A stretch of DNA of 63,331 nucleotides, the filler included, from Octopus bimaculoides (lineage: Eukaryota), in the NCBI RefSeq assembly GCF_001194135.2. It is 5 parts of 4 records of this genome, joined end to end, with 100 filler letters (N's around TTAATTAATTAA, not from the genome) between each part and the next. Parts side by side here need not be neighbours in the genome. Positions count along the whole stretch, not along the records: positions 1 to 27,356 come from NC_068993.1; 4 more parts are not named here. One strand, 5' to 3'. Shown one piece after another: positions 1-11,832 of this stretch. The position numbers and the translations under genes were made by a program. Each line of letters starts with the position of its first letter. Within the stretch, counting starts at the first letter, position 1. The notes beneath the pieces were generated by a model. The model saw only the letters and a program-made list of their open reading frames with translations. It was not told the origin of the DNA and ran no database searches.

Positions 1-1480
1 AAGTTCTAGAACATTTTGCGGGCTAATTTGATGCCATTGAATTCTTACACAAATAATTTCACGCAATCGATTCTGACTGGCTGCTGGGTAGTTGATTTAT
101 GATGCAATGATTGAGTCTTTGTGTATTAGAAGAATTTGCTATCTTTTTGGACAACAAGAAAATATATTGGTTTTAAAGTTTGGCCCAAGGTGAACAATTT
201 CATAGGAGAGTGTACGTTGATTACATCGACCCCAGTATTCAACTGGTACTTATTTTATCGACACCGAAAGGATGAAAGGCAAAGTCGACCTTGGTGGAAT
301 TTGAGCGCTGAACATAAAGACGGACGAAATGCCGTAAAGCATTTTGTCCGGCGTGCTAACGACTCTGCCAGCTCGCCACCTTATAATAGGAAAAGGTATT
401 ACAGACAGTTTGAATAGTTCTAAAATAGATAATTTCAGTAGAACAACACTTCTGAATGCGTGCCACACAAACTCCATCTATGGCTTCCACAATGATAAGT
501 AAATAGCAAGAGGATTTTTCATTAGGTAGTATCCCGCGTATTTCCAAATACTTGGCTGCTATATTGTCACCATTTTCATACCCCACCCAACTCCTGTAAT
601 CTTCCGAGAGAATGCTATTTTGTTTAATGTTTCTTTTATCAGGTTTGCAATCTTAGAAGTTGCTTTCTCACTGCAGTCTTCAAAAGACAGAAATCTCTCT
701 TGAATCATAAGCATGCGATCTATACTTTGAAAGTAACTTATGATAAATGTTGTCTGCTCGACATGTGTGGAATCAGGTGTTACATCAGTATTATTGAACA
801 GTGTTTTGCCTTTGATCTTTCACAGTGTATGTGTTTTAGAACGAGATCGGAGCAAAGAGAAATAAATTCATTTTGTGATTCAGCTGACAGATAATGTGTT
901 TGCATTAATTCTCCTTTTCCTGGCTTTCTTTGACCTTCCTGATATGAGTTTCAAGTACAGGATCCTATTTCGATAAAAGTTCAACCAGCCGAGGGAAGTT
1001 ACCGTTGTAAATATCGCCACACAGATGAGAAGTATCACAGAATGTTAACCCCGCTTTCACCCCTAAATAAAATAATCTTAGTTAGACAATATAACCATTA
1101 CTCCAGTTAGCCACATCTATTACAATTTGTTTGTACAGAATATGTTCCATGCATCTGTATGAACGAATTCTTTTTTTCGTGTCCTCTCTATGGTACATAA
1201 TTTAAGTTGGTTATTACATTCATGCTTAGAAAATCTACTTCCCAGTAGTCTCTATTTTCTGTGGTAGACCATCCGTTCGTTGGATTAACTCCCTCATTTT
1301 CAAGTATTGATTGATAAGTAAACAAAATATGGCTTGTTTATTGACACTCCGCTTTAGCCAATCACTCGCAGACATTTCAGTATTGATGGTTCTGTGTTTA
1401 ATGTTGCCAAATGGAAAAGACTACTACTCGCGACACACCACTTGCAAAATATTTTGGCCAAAGGATGATGTCTGTTCTGT
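1..1480 (-). mobile_element. Decayed hAT-family (ZMYM1/DUF4371-like) DNA transposase remnant, interrupted by a SINE at 168-383
   Basis: Minus-strand translation across frameshifts and stops gives hAT motifs in the expected order: EMSASDWLKRSVNKQAIFCL (TTF zinc-finger-like), HYLSAESQNEFI, HCSIILxxTPDSTHVEQ, IQERFLSFEDC, GYENGDNIAAKY (ORF 356-586). Confidence 0.85.
168..383 (-). mobile_element. tRNA-derived SINE, family A copy (head AAGGCGGCGAGCTGGCAGAATCGTTAGCACG...)
   Basis: Matches at least eight other copies in this window; A-box-like TGGCAGAGTCG and B-box-like CTCAAATTCC on the minus strand. Confidence 0.9.
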
Positions 1481-2230
1481 ATACATTTATTCTTTTATTC
1501 TCTTATGTGTTTCAGCCTTGAGGCTGTGGCCATGCTGGGGCACCGCCAGTATTTTTTTTTATCTTTTTATATTGATGTTTTTTATATCTTTCTTCGTATT
1601 AAATTTCCAGTTTCAAGCCCATCCTGTACGCCATTGAAGTGTTCCTTTCCATAGCTTGGTTTTGAGTTGTATTCTGCACACGTTCACATGCGATTTCTTT
1701 TTACACTGTAGATGGTTCGTGACCAGAAGTTTTATTCGGACACTAACATGAAGCCGTTTTGTTTTCAGTTTGCATTTGTTAATAAATATTCATCACTTAA
1801 CTTTTTGACAGTAATATCAATAACCAGTTATGACATATTTTCTTTGTGTTCTCGTTCATCACTGTCTGTGCTGCAGTCTTGTGTATATGCATTACATTGA
1901 TAATATTGAAACGTAAAATTCTTACCGAAAAGGTTTGCGTGAATAACGTTATAGTTTTTAGGCCAGCATTAAATATCGGATTGACTTAGGGACATCTTAT
2001 CACAAATAAACATTACTTTGTGGTGTGTCTTTCCGGAAGTCATAGTGTACAGCCACAGCTTGGATATAAGTGAAAACAACTGACTGACTGACTGACTACA
2101 AGAAATGGAGAGAGAGAGGGGGGGGAAGGAGGAGGAAAAGACAAAGAGAAGGAAGGAGGTGAGAGGGAGCGAGAGAGGGAGTTAGAGAGAGGAAGTGTGT
2201 TTGTATTTGAGAAAGTAAATAATTCAAGCA

Positions 2231-2640
2231 ATGTAATGGAAAAGGTATTGAAAATTGGAGAGTAGTAAGGAACGCTGGGGAGAGCTGAATAGCATCAGAT
2301 CTTCAGAGAAGAAGCCTTCCTCCATTGCAAGTGTTTCGGCCGTTAACACTTTACACTCGAAGGAGGTCGGGCCGCATCCCGATCATGACTCTTGGATACT
2401 CTTTCTGTTGTTACATTCTGTGTCATTGTCTACATTTCAACCCTCCTGGGTGGTTAAGGTGTCCCAGCTCTAACATAGACTGGCAGGAAGAACATAGCGG
2501 TGAGGAAATAAAGAATGACGGAGACAGAAAAGTGAGGAAGGGGAGTAGATCGGTAGAAAAGTGGTATTGGTGGGGAGAGAACATCTTCCCCTGAATTAGC
2601 AGGTGTTTAACGCATGTTAAACACACAACTGATAATGGAG
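2231..2640 (-). mobile_element. Possible decayed Penelope-like element fragment (N-terminal region)
   Basis: Purine-rich plus strand similar in composition to the Penelope remnants at 13400 and 30660; only weak peptide resemblance (FFSEDLMLFSS). Confidence 0.3.
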
Positions 2641-3081
2641 AATAATAGAGAACCGATCTAGCGTTAGATGCCATTGCCTTGTATCAAGGGACTGTGTTAT
2701 GACAATGGACTGACTGATCAATTGATAAGATCAGATTTATGCCACTGCTATGGGTAACTGATTGACTTAACTAGCAGCTTACTAACTTATTTACTCAGTC
2801 AATATGGTTACAGAATCGAAATTAAGGTTGGATTTGATCAATACTCTGTTTAGTTAGTTACGTTGTCAATTTAGTAAAACATTGGAGCGGATTGTCAATG
2901 TTCAGTCTATTGCAGAACGAAAGCCTCAGCATGTTATCTCCACCAACCACGGTCTGATGTGGAAGTCAAGAATTTGAGCTTCAGATCATACTGGTTTGAT
3001 GAGTCTACTCTGCCGCACTGGCTCGACATGGCTTGGCAGAGGTAGTATAATACATTCTAGAATATAATCTCAAAATATTGA

Positions 3082-3215
3082 TTTCAAATTTGGGCACAAG
3101 GTTAGCAATTTCGGGGAAGGGGGTAAGTCGATTACATCTACCCCAGTAATCAACTGGTACTTATTTTATCGATCTCGAAAAGATGAAAGGCAAAGTTGAC
3201 CTCGACGGAATTAAT
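3082..3215 (-). mobile_element. SINE family A, 3' portion
   Basis: GATTTCAAATTTGGGCACAAGG...GGCAAAGTTGACCTCGACGGAATT matches the other family A copies. Confidence 0.85.
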
Positions 3216-3296
3216 ATAACTTCAAAATATTGTGAAGCTTAATGCATTATTTATAATTCTTTAGATCACTCATGGATCTCATTGAGGATATAAGAC

Positions 3297-3600
3297 ATAG
3301 TTAATAAAGAGAGATAACTAGACTACGAAGTTAACACGGGAAAGATAAATGGATTCCGCGGTTAACACAGAAGGAAGACAAATCGATCACACAGTTAATA
3401 CAAAGGGCATAGATATCTTACACAATTAACACAGCATATAAATAGATTACACAGTTAATACAGAGAGAAGATAACTAGATCAGACGGTTAACACAGAGAG
3501 AAGATAACTATATCTGACAGTTAACACAGAGAGGGATAAATAAACCATGGATTTAATATAGAGAGAAGGTAAATAGATTACAGAGTTAATACAGAGAAGA
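3297..3600. repeat. Degenerate minisatellite, about 32-33-bp unit (consensus approx. ACAGTTAACACAGAGAGAAGATAACTAGATC), about 10 units
   Basis: GTTAA(C/T)ACAG core recurs at about 30-33-bp spacing. Confidence 0.85.
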
Positions 3601-3699
3601 TGCACTCAGCACATGAAACGGAGACAGGCGATAAATTATATTAGTTAACATAGAACAAATAACTGAATTATGTTTGTATAGAGAGGATGAATACGTTCT

Positions 3700-3842
3700 A
3701 TCTTTTATCATTTACTTGTTTCAGATATTGGTCTGCGGCATGCTCGAACACTACCGATCGGTTTCTTTTAACAGGTACGTAAACAAACCAACACCGATTA
3801 TCAAGCGGTGGGAAACAAACACAAACACACACACATACGCAC

Positions 3843-3921
<79 letters not shown>

Positions 3922-4110
3922 CATTCATCCATCCATCCGTCTGTCTGTCTATCTGTGACGGTTTCCACTTCTCGTCTACCAGATTGCAAGGTATTGGTCG
4001 ACCTGGGCTATAGTACAAGAGACTTGTACTATAGGCGCACTGTGGAAACAAACCCCAAACCCCAAACCACGTGGTTGCAAGACGAGCTTCTTAACTACGC
4101 CGCAGTGTCT
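3700..4110 (-). mobile_element. Old SINE family B copy with an internal expanded (TCTA)n tract (about 3842-3921)
   Basis: TTTACTTGTTTCAG... tail, central microsatellite and head-like region all correspond to the full copy at 52887-53283. Confidence 0.75.
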
Positions 4111-4868
4111 GCACCTAACGCAGAGAAAAGATAAACAGAACACATTATTAATCCCGAGAAAATAAGTAGGTTTCTCAGCTAACGTATGAAATATAATTAA
4201 GTTACATAATTAATACAGACAAAATCTATATAGAGCGCATATAAAACTGATAAACACATCACACAGATTAGTGGTTAGTGATGAGTAAAATACATGGTGA
4301 GTAGTGGTGGTTAGAACATGTGGGTGGGTATTAGGTGGATAAAGTATAGGAGTGAACAGAATATGGTTCTTGGTAGTGATGTGTAGAACATAGAGCTGGA
4401 TTGTAGTGTGTAAGAGAGTGGGGGGAGATGTGCTAATTAATTTCTCGGGAATAGATTTATAATTTAATCGAGAGATGATCATTATACTTGTGCTGTTATG
4501 CCATCAAACTGTATTTCCCATTATCTTAGTCAATCATATCATATCATACCATATTATATATATATAAACATATATATATATATAGATTCAGCTGAATATG
4601 GTACTTAAGTTGAGGCACCAGAATTTAGTGCGGTATAATCCATACAATTTCAAAATAAGGTGATTAAAATCAAAATAAGCAACAAGGATATCCAGAGGTA
4701 ATGCAGTACGATCGTTTCACGCAACTCCATTTAATTGAACAATGCAACCATTACATCAATTTAAATGCAGAGCAATCCTCAGCTGCATAAAGACATAGAA
4801 TTTAATTAAATTAAAACAGATGGACACGTTAGTATAATTTTACCTAAAATCTCCAAGAAGGTAAAAGA

Positions 4869-5632
4869 CTATATAGTCTCCCCTACGGTCCATACACTTC
4901 TTCCATCGGTGTTGCAGCGTTTGGATTTCGTGGTATAGAAGTTCTCATCCTGACCCTCAAAAACATCCTCAACAGCAGATATGACTTCATCATCGGTCCG
5001 ATACTGCTTCCCGGTCAAGTGTCTTTTCATGTTGGGAAACAGAAAATAGTCAGATGGTGGCAAATCAGGAGAATATGGAGGGTGATCCACCAGTTCAAAG
5101 CCAAAGTCGCGCACAGCAGCCAACGCAATCACAGACTTGTGTGTAGGAATATTGTCCGAGTGAAGCAGGTTCCCCTTCGTCTGGTTAATATTTAAACGTC
5201 CGTCGTCCATCACCATGTAGGGAACACGGTCGATGTTTTCTTGGATGGTGGCTGTGGCAGGACGTCCGGACCTTGAGTCATCTTCAAGCTTCTCCCTACC
5301 TTTTTGAATTCAGCTGCCCACTATTGCACAGTTAGTAAAGCTGGAGCATCATCCCCTAATGTAGAAACCATGACGGCATGAACATCTTTGGGCGCTAACC
5401 CCTTTTCATGCAGATATTTGATAACACCACGGTGCCAAATTCTATCTATTTTCACGAAATGTCTTTAGCACCTCATTTCCAAGTCCTCATTGCTGCATCC
5501 AATGTGGCTTTATCTGGAAAGAAAAAATGCAGTTAGCACCAGTAAAGATTGAATTTAATGCATGCCGAGTTTAATTACTGTATGATAACTCCTTCTTAGT
5601 CAGCCTATGAACAGTTTTAGTCCATCCTCGTA
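4869..5632 (-). mobile_element. Mariner (DD34D-type) transposon remnant with internal deletion; one terminus TACGAGGATGG... retained
   Basis: ORF 4869-5216 contains FELVDHPPYSPDLPPSDYFLFPNMK. Upstream minus-strand frames give the N-terminal HTH (HRGVIKYLHEKGLAPKDVH...EDDSRSGRPAT). Terminal TACGAGG with TA at 5631-5632. Confidence 0.92.
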
Positions 5633-6089
5633 CGTTGCAGAAATAGGAATTGTGAAACTAAACATTATAATAATACAATAATACAGCGTGGGTAACGAAA
5701 TACTGGCGAACGAAAGATTACAATACAACTGTGTCGTATGCGTTGTGAAGCAGTGTGTATTGGACATTAGCGTTGGTGGTAGTTAAGACTATTGTAGTGA
5801 TGGTACAGGCGATAGTTGCAAGTTATGGTAGTGGTAATATTAGTGGTGGTAGTTGCGCTGGTGGTTGTGGTGATGGTAGAGTTGATGGTTGTATGTTAAG
5901 ACAATTATAGTGTTAGTAGTAGTAGTAGTAGTAGTAGTTATGGAGGTGGAGGTAGTATTAGGGGTGGTGGCCATTGCTGACATGGTGTTGTTTGATTGTT
6001 GTTATAATGGAGGTAGTAATAGTAGTATTGGTGGCAGTAATGATGGCGGTGGTAGTGGTTGTGGTGATGGAGGTGAACGTAGAAGGTGG

Positions 6090-6250
6090 AAGTGAACGTG
6101 GAACAACTCGCCGGAGACACGGGATGCTTCCCTGAAGACCCTGAAGTAATGTAAGACGGAGGTGGACGGACGGATGGCGGGCTGTGAGTTAGAAATGTCT
6201 GAGCAAGCTTGTCTTCGATGATGATGATGATGATGATGATGATGAGGATG
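6090..6250 (+). mobile_element. 3' end of an RTE-like LINE followed by its (GAT)n tail
   Basis: VEQLAGDTGCFPEDPEVM*D... resembles the C-terminus of RTE-clade RT ORFs and runs directly into (GAT)n. Confidence 0.65.
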
Positions 6251-6287
6251 ATGATGAGGATGATGATGATGATGGAAGTGATGACTG

Positions 6288-6337
<50 letters not shown>

Positions 6338-6362
6338 ATGATGATGATGATGATGGTGGTGG

Positions 6363-6400
<38 letters not shown>

Positions 6401-7690
6401 GTGATGATGGTGATGGTGATGATGATGATGATGATGATGATGATGGTGGTGGTGATAATGGAAGTGATGACTATGATGATGGTAATGATGGTAGAAGTGG
6501 CGGTGGTGATGCAAATCGTAGTGGAAATATTGGCTGTATTGTTAGTAGTTGTGGTGATGGTGGTGGTGGCGTTGGCGTTGGCGATGGTGTCGTATTTTGG
6601 TGTTGGTGGTGGTGGTTGTAGCAGTGGTGGCTTTCGCGATGGTTAGCTACAGTTGTGGTAGTGGTAGCAGTGGTGTCGTGTTTTGGTGCNNNNNNNNNNN
6701 NNNNNNNNNNNNNNNNNNNNNNNNNNNNNNNNNNNNNNNNNNNNNNNNNNNNNNNNNNNNNNNNNNNNNNNNNNNNNNNNNNNNNNNNNNNNNNNNNNNN
6801 NNNNNNNNNNNNNNNNNNNNNNNNNNNNNNNNNNNNNNNNNNNNNNNNNNNNNNNNNNNNNNNNNNNNNNNNNNNNNNNNNNNNNNNNNNNNNNNNNNNN
6901 NNNNNNNNNNNNNNNNNNNNNNNNNNNNNNNNNNNNTTGGTGGTGGTGGTTGTAGCAGTGGTGGCTTTCGCGATGGTTAGCTACAGTTGTGGTAGTGGTA
7001 GCAGTGGTGTCGTGTTTTGGTGCTGGTAGCTACAGTAGTAGTGGTGGTGGTGGTGGTTGTGGTGGCGGAATCGGTGGTGTAGTGGTAGTGATGTATCGGT
7101 GTAGTCGACAGCAGAATTAGTGTTGTTGGTTCTGAGTTTTGAGTTGGTGGAGTTCCTGTCGATGGTGCTAGGAGCAGTGTAGGAAGTGAACGTATTGGTG
7201 GTTGTGTTGCTGGTGGTATTGATGGCTGTGGTAGTATTGGCAATGGTACGATGGTGGCGGTAGTATTGGTACGGTTGGTGCTATTTTTATGCTGGAGGGT
7301 ATTGTTCTTCCTGGTGATGGTGGTGGTGACAGCGGTGGTAGTTGTGATCGTGGTGTTTTCATTGTGTGTTGCTATTGTTGTTGATGTTGTAGTAGTAGTG
7401 GTGGTAGTTGCATCGGTGTTGTTGCTGTGGCTGTTGCTGTTGTTGTATGTGATTTAGCTTCGGTGATTCTAGTGTTTGATGAAGTTTATAATGTGTCATC
7501 GTGGGAATATGTGTAAAGAGGATGGAGTGGTGGTGGCGGGTACGGCGACGGTGGGGGGGTTGTGGTAGTGGTGGTGGTGGTGGTGGTGGTTGATTGGCGG
7601 AGGGGGGTAGGATAGGGTAAGGTAAGGTAAGGTTGGGAAAGTGAGACGGAGGGAGGGAGGGAGGAAAGAAGAGTTTGGGTTTGGGGACNN
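6218..7690. repeat. Compound (GAT)n/(GGT)n/(GTA)n low-complexity tract spanning an N gap
   Basis: Direct reading; source of the poly-His, poly-Met and poly-Val ORFs. Confidence 0.95.
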
Positions 7691-8256
7691 NNNNNNNNNN
7701 NNNNNNNNNNNNNNNNNNNNNNNNNNNNNNNNNNNNNNNNNNNNNNNNNNNNNNNNNNNNNNNNNNNNNNNNNNNNNNNNNNNNNNNNNNNNNNNNNNNN
7801 NNNNNNNNNNNNNNNNNNNNNNNNNNNNNNNNNNNNNNNNNNNNNNNNNNNNNNNNNNNNNNNNNNNNNNNNNNNNNNNNNNNNNNNNNNNNNNNNNNNN
7901 NNNNNNNNNNNNNNNNNNNNNNNNNNNNNNNNNNNNNNNNNNNNNNNNNNNNNNNNNNNNNNNNNNNNNNNNNNNNNNNNNNNNNNNNNNNNNNNNNNNN
8001 NNNNNNNNNNNNNNNNNNNNNNNNNNNNNNNNNNNNNNNNNNNNNNNNNNNNNNNNNNNNNNNNNNNNNNNNNNNNNNNNNNNNNNNNNNNNNNNNNNNN
8101 NNNNNNNNNNNNNNNNNNNNNNNNNNNNNNNNNNNNNNNNNNNNNNNNNNNNNNNNNNNNNNNNNNNNNNNNNNNNNNNNNNNNNNNNNNNNNNNNNNNN
8201 NNNNNNNNNNNNNNNNNNNNNNNNNNNNNNNNNNNNNNNNNNNNNNNNNNNNNNNN

Positions 8257-8303
<47 letters not shown>

Positions 8304-8375
8304 TAGCTGTTCACACATGATCCTGGAAGATTGTCACTATTAAAATCATTGGATCATTGGGTACTGAGATAAAAT

Positions 8376-8560
8376 TTATACTTTACACTTGTTGCACCGC
8401 TGGTGATGAACGAACCCAACTCTTGATCGACATAGACGTCCGCAGATACTGCAGATTAAGCCTCTTCCCCATTCGCCAATTGGTGGTTTTCGAGCAGCTC
8501 GCTTAAATTCTACATGAAAATTGCGTGCTTTTTCGAAAATTCCTTTTCTCAGAGATGATG
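8376..8560 (-). mobile_element. RTE-clade LINE C-terminal fragment
   Basis: LICSICGRLCRSRVGFVHHQR matches the CxxC...SRIGLxxHxR terminal zinc-binding motif of RTE reverse transcriptase ORFs. Confidence 0.75.
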
Positions 8561-8565
8561 TTAAA

Positions 8566-9012
8566 ATGAATAAAAAATCCAGTATAAGCAATTGAACGAT
8601 CATTCATTTAAAACAGTCATCTATGTATTATACTTAATATATATACGTCGTTGACAGGCAAGTTATTGCGGTACTCGTCTGAGATAGCATTTTTATAGAC
8701 ATGCTAGGTTTGAAACACAATATGTATGAGGGGACAAAAAAAAAAAAAAAGACAATCAACCTAACAGAAGTTAGCGATAACGCCTGATGCATTTCGACCT
8801 AATTGGGCCTTACCAATGACGTGTAATCACAGCTTGCCATATACTTAACAAAAATCTGTCACCTTCAATATATAGGATTCAGTGAATAAATCATTCACCG
8901 CTATTGCAAAGAGCCACCTAGATGAATAAGAATCCAGTGTGTGCAATTGTTGCAGTATTCACTTATAATAGCCATCTATGTATCATACTTAATGTATATA
9001 CATCGTTACAAC
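8566..9012 (-). mobile_element. Penelope pseudo-LTR-like remnant: about 90-bp direct repeats (8566-8655, 8922-9012) around a decayed hammerhead-like motif
   Basis: ATGAATAA..AATCCAGT...CATCTATGTAT.ATACTTAAT.TATATAC.TCGTT occurs twice; minus strand 8781-8820 reads TTGGTAA-GGCC-CAATTA-GGTC-GAAA-TGCA-TC. Confidence 0.5.
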
Positions 9013-9029
9013 GATGCGTGTGCATTGTG

Positions 9030-9290
9030 AAGGTGCGTGACCTAGTGGTTAAGGTGTTGCACTCGTGATCGCTAGATTGTCGGTTCGATAGCCGGACCGG
9101 GTCACGCGTCGTGATTTTAAGTAAAACACTTCATTTTCCGTCGCTCTGCGAGACGTTGTGTGTGTGTGGTGGGGGAGAGACACGGTGAGCAGCAAGTTCG
9201 TTGGCGCGTCGGTAGAAATGCTTTTACGGTAGATCTTCTGGGTCTTTACATTCTGAGTTCAAATCCCACCTGCCTGGAGAAGGCAACGGG
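9030..9290 (+). mobile_element. Old tRNA-derived SINE (family C-related)
   Basis: GGTGCGTGACCTAGTGGTTAAGGTGTTGCACTCGTGATCGCTAGATTGTCGGTTCGATAGCC: A and B boxes, related to the heads at 54395 and 61140. Confidence 0.75.
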
Positions 9291-9988
9291 AAACCAATCC
9301 AGTATTCACCCCAAGTTAGGTCATAGTAGTCAAAGTTCCAGTAATCTACTTAACGGTGGCAAGGTAGGGTAGGGTTCCCCCAAGTCCTATACAGTGTGCT
9401 GGAGAACGTTCACATACACAAGACCTACCCAAGAGCAGACCACTGCAAGCTTAGATAGCTAATTTAAACTACTACATGTCTGGCTAAACAGTATGGTTCT
9501 CAACAAGGCAACACTGTATTTAACATGATTAGCTTCTATATGCTTGAGTACACTACGCCTCACAGTAAGGCAACACTTGTTGCAGTTCATACGTTGTAAT
9601 ACACAGAATAGAGCTGATTTAGGTAGAACTACGGTAATGCTGGAACACACCACACCTGGTCGCTGAACCGACCACCTAGGTGCCATACGTCTGCTCAGTC
9701 AGGGCTGACCTGAGGTTACGCAACGATAACAACTGGGAATATCGATAGAGAACAAAACATAAATATAAAAACAAAAGACCGAAAATAACTCTAAAAATTA
9801 TAAAAAAAGAAAATAAAACACGTAAAGAAATATAAAGACAACATGGGGTTTATGAAGTATGCAAGGAAGAGGAACGAATTAACTGGGTAGTTTGGGGCCT
9901 TTGAAACCAGAAATTCCACAATTATGCTAGAGTGGTGATTGGATAAACAATAGGTTCACAATTAGATTTAGTTGGTTCGGTTTCAGTT

Positions 9989-10073
9989 ATGAAAACAACG
10001 AGCGCCATTTTCTGCGCGTTCATTGTTTTAACACTGGCATCCACCATATTGGGCGGGCAGAAGACGGGGACGT
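9989..10073 (+). CDS. Candidate first coding exon of an unknown secreted protein (signal peptide MKTTSAIFCAFIVLTLASTILG-GQKTGT)
   Basis: TTGGTTCGGTTTCAG acceptor ends at 9986, 2 nt before the ATG. Typical n/h/c signal-peptide layout. Several possible GT donors follow (T|GTAACT at 10074; CA|GTGCGT). The unspliced ORF is 45 aa (9989-10126), below the ORF-track cutoff. No homology recognised. Confidence 0.45.
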
Positions 10074-10089
10074 GTAACTGGTTTCAGTG

Positions 10090-10148
10090 CGTTTGTGTGT
10101 TTGCACGTACTTTTGCATATATATAAATATGTGTGCGCGCGTGTATAT

Positions 10149-10183
<35 letters not shown>

Positions 10184-10779
10184 GTGTGTGTATGTATGTA
10201 TGTGTGTATATACATGCATACATCGAATATGTGTGATTGTACATACTTGCACTCCTGTTTATGCTTATGTGTATATGTATAAATTTATTTTTGTGTATGT
10301 TCACATCTGTGTGTCTGTATGTTTGAACGTACTTCCCTGTATATGGTTTATATATGTATTTATGTATGTATGTGTGTATGTATACACATGTGTGTATGTG
10401 TATGTGTATATATATACTCACACATACATTCAATGTGTGTGTGTTTATGTGTGTATAATTGAGTGATGTGCATTATATGTGTGTAATTGTGTGTGTGTGT
10501 GTGTGTGTAGTTGTGTGTGTGTGTGTAGTTGTGTGTGTGTGTGTGTGTGTGTGTGTAGCTGTGTGTGTGTGTGTGTGTGTAGCTGTGTGTGGTTTTGGTC
10601 GTGACGGTTGATTGCCTTGAGACTGGCATCCGCCAATTTGGTGCTTTGTTACCGCTGTTGTTGAACGTATGTGTGTCTGAAGATCTGTGAATGCGTATAT
10701 ATTATACATTGTTTGTTTGTGTGTGTGCATGCGTGCATGTGAGTGTATGTGTGTGTATATGTATGCATGTCGGTGAATG

Positions 10780-10824
<45 letters not shown>

Positions 10825-11780
10825 TTTGCCTAATGTCAACATGTGCCTTCGTAAATATGCGGCGCGTGTGTGCCTGTTTGATGTATAATCTGTAAAATTT
10901 ACCCGTATGTCAGGAGGTGCTTCGGTGTATAAATGGACTCATTTGTTTGTGTATGGAAATATGTGTGCGTGTATGTACACGTGTTAATGTAAAATTGAAT
11001 GACAAAAAGTGTGTGCTTACGTCTCACACAAGGCAAAATATAAAAGCATCATTGTATATCCATAAACACATACGCACACGCATATATACACACATAGCCA
11101 CAATATAAATGTTTTTGAGCGCGTGTGTATGTATATATATATGTATATATATATATATATATATNNNNNNNNNNNNNNNNNNNNNNNNNNNNNNNNNNNN
11201 NNNNNNNNNNNNNNNNNNNNNNNNNNNNNNNNNNNNNNNNNNNNNNNNNNNNNNNNNNNNNNNNNNNNNNNNNNNNNNNNNNNNNNNNNNNNNNNNNNNN
11301 NNNNNNNNNNNNNNNNNNNNNNNNNNNNNNNNNNNNNNNNNNNNNNNNNNNNNNNNNNNNNNNNNNNNNNNNNNNNNNNNNNNNNNNNNNNNNNNNNNNN
11401 NNNNNNNNNNNNNNNNNNNNNNNNNNNNNNNNNNNNNNNNNNNNNNNNNNNNNNNNNNNNNNNNNNNNNNNNNNNNNNNNNNNNNNNNNNNNNNNNNNNN
11501 NNNNNNNNNNNNNNNNNGTGCGTGCGTGTGTGTATGTGTGAACGTATGAGTGTGTATATATGGGCATGTGGGTTTGTTTGCGTATGTATGTGTGCGTGTG
11601 TGTAACTAGTGGGTGTGTGAGTGTTTGTGTGTGTGTAAGTAGTGTGTATATGTTAGCAGTAATTTGAATACCAAAGGTTCAATACCCAGTAATCACACAG
11701 CTTCTATCAATAGCAATCTCTCTTTTATGTCGATATATTTAGAAACTGATTCTGCAGTAAGCATTATTACCACTGATTAC

Positions 11781-11832
<52 letters not shown>

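Noticed and set aside
6002-6646. Poly-His (170 aa) and poly-Met (145 aa) ORFs
   Set aside because: Translations of a (GAT/CAT)n microsatellite tail of a LINE; no unique coding content. The same applies to 11871-12153.
6603-7023. Exact 87-bp direct repeat (6603-6689 and 6937-7023)
   Set aside because: The copies sit exactly on either side of an N gap and are identical, so most likely an unmerged contig overlap.
7359-8343. Long ORFs spanning N gaps (also at 11049-12544, 25789-26562, 30298-30795, 31491-32182, 55289-55790)
   Set aside because: Their length comes from X residues across gaps.
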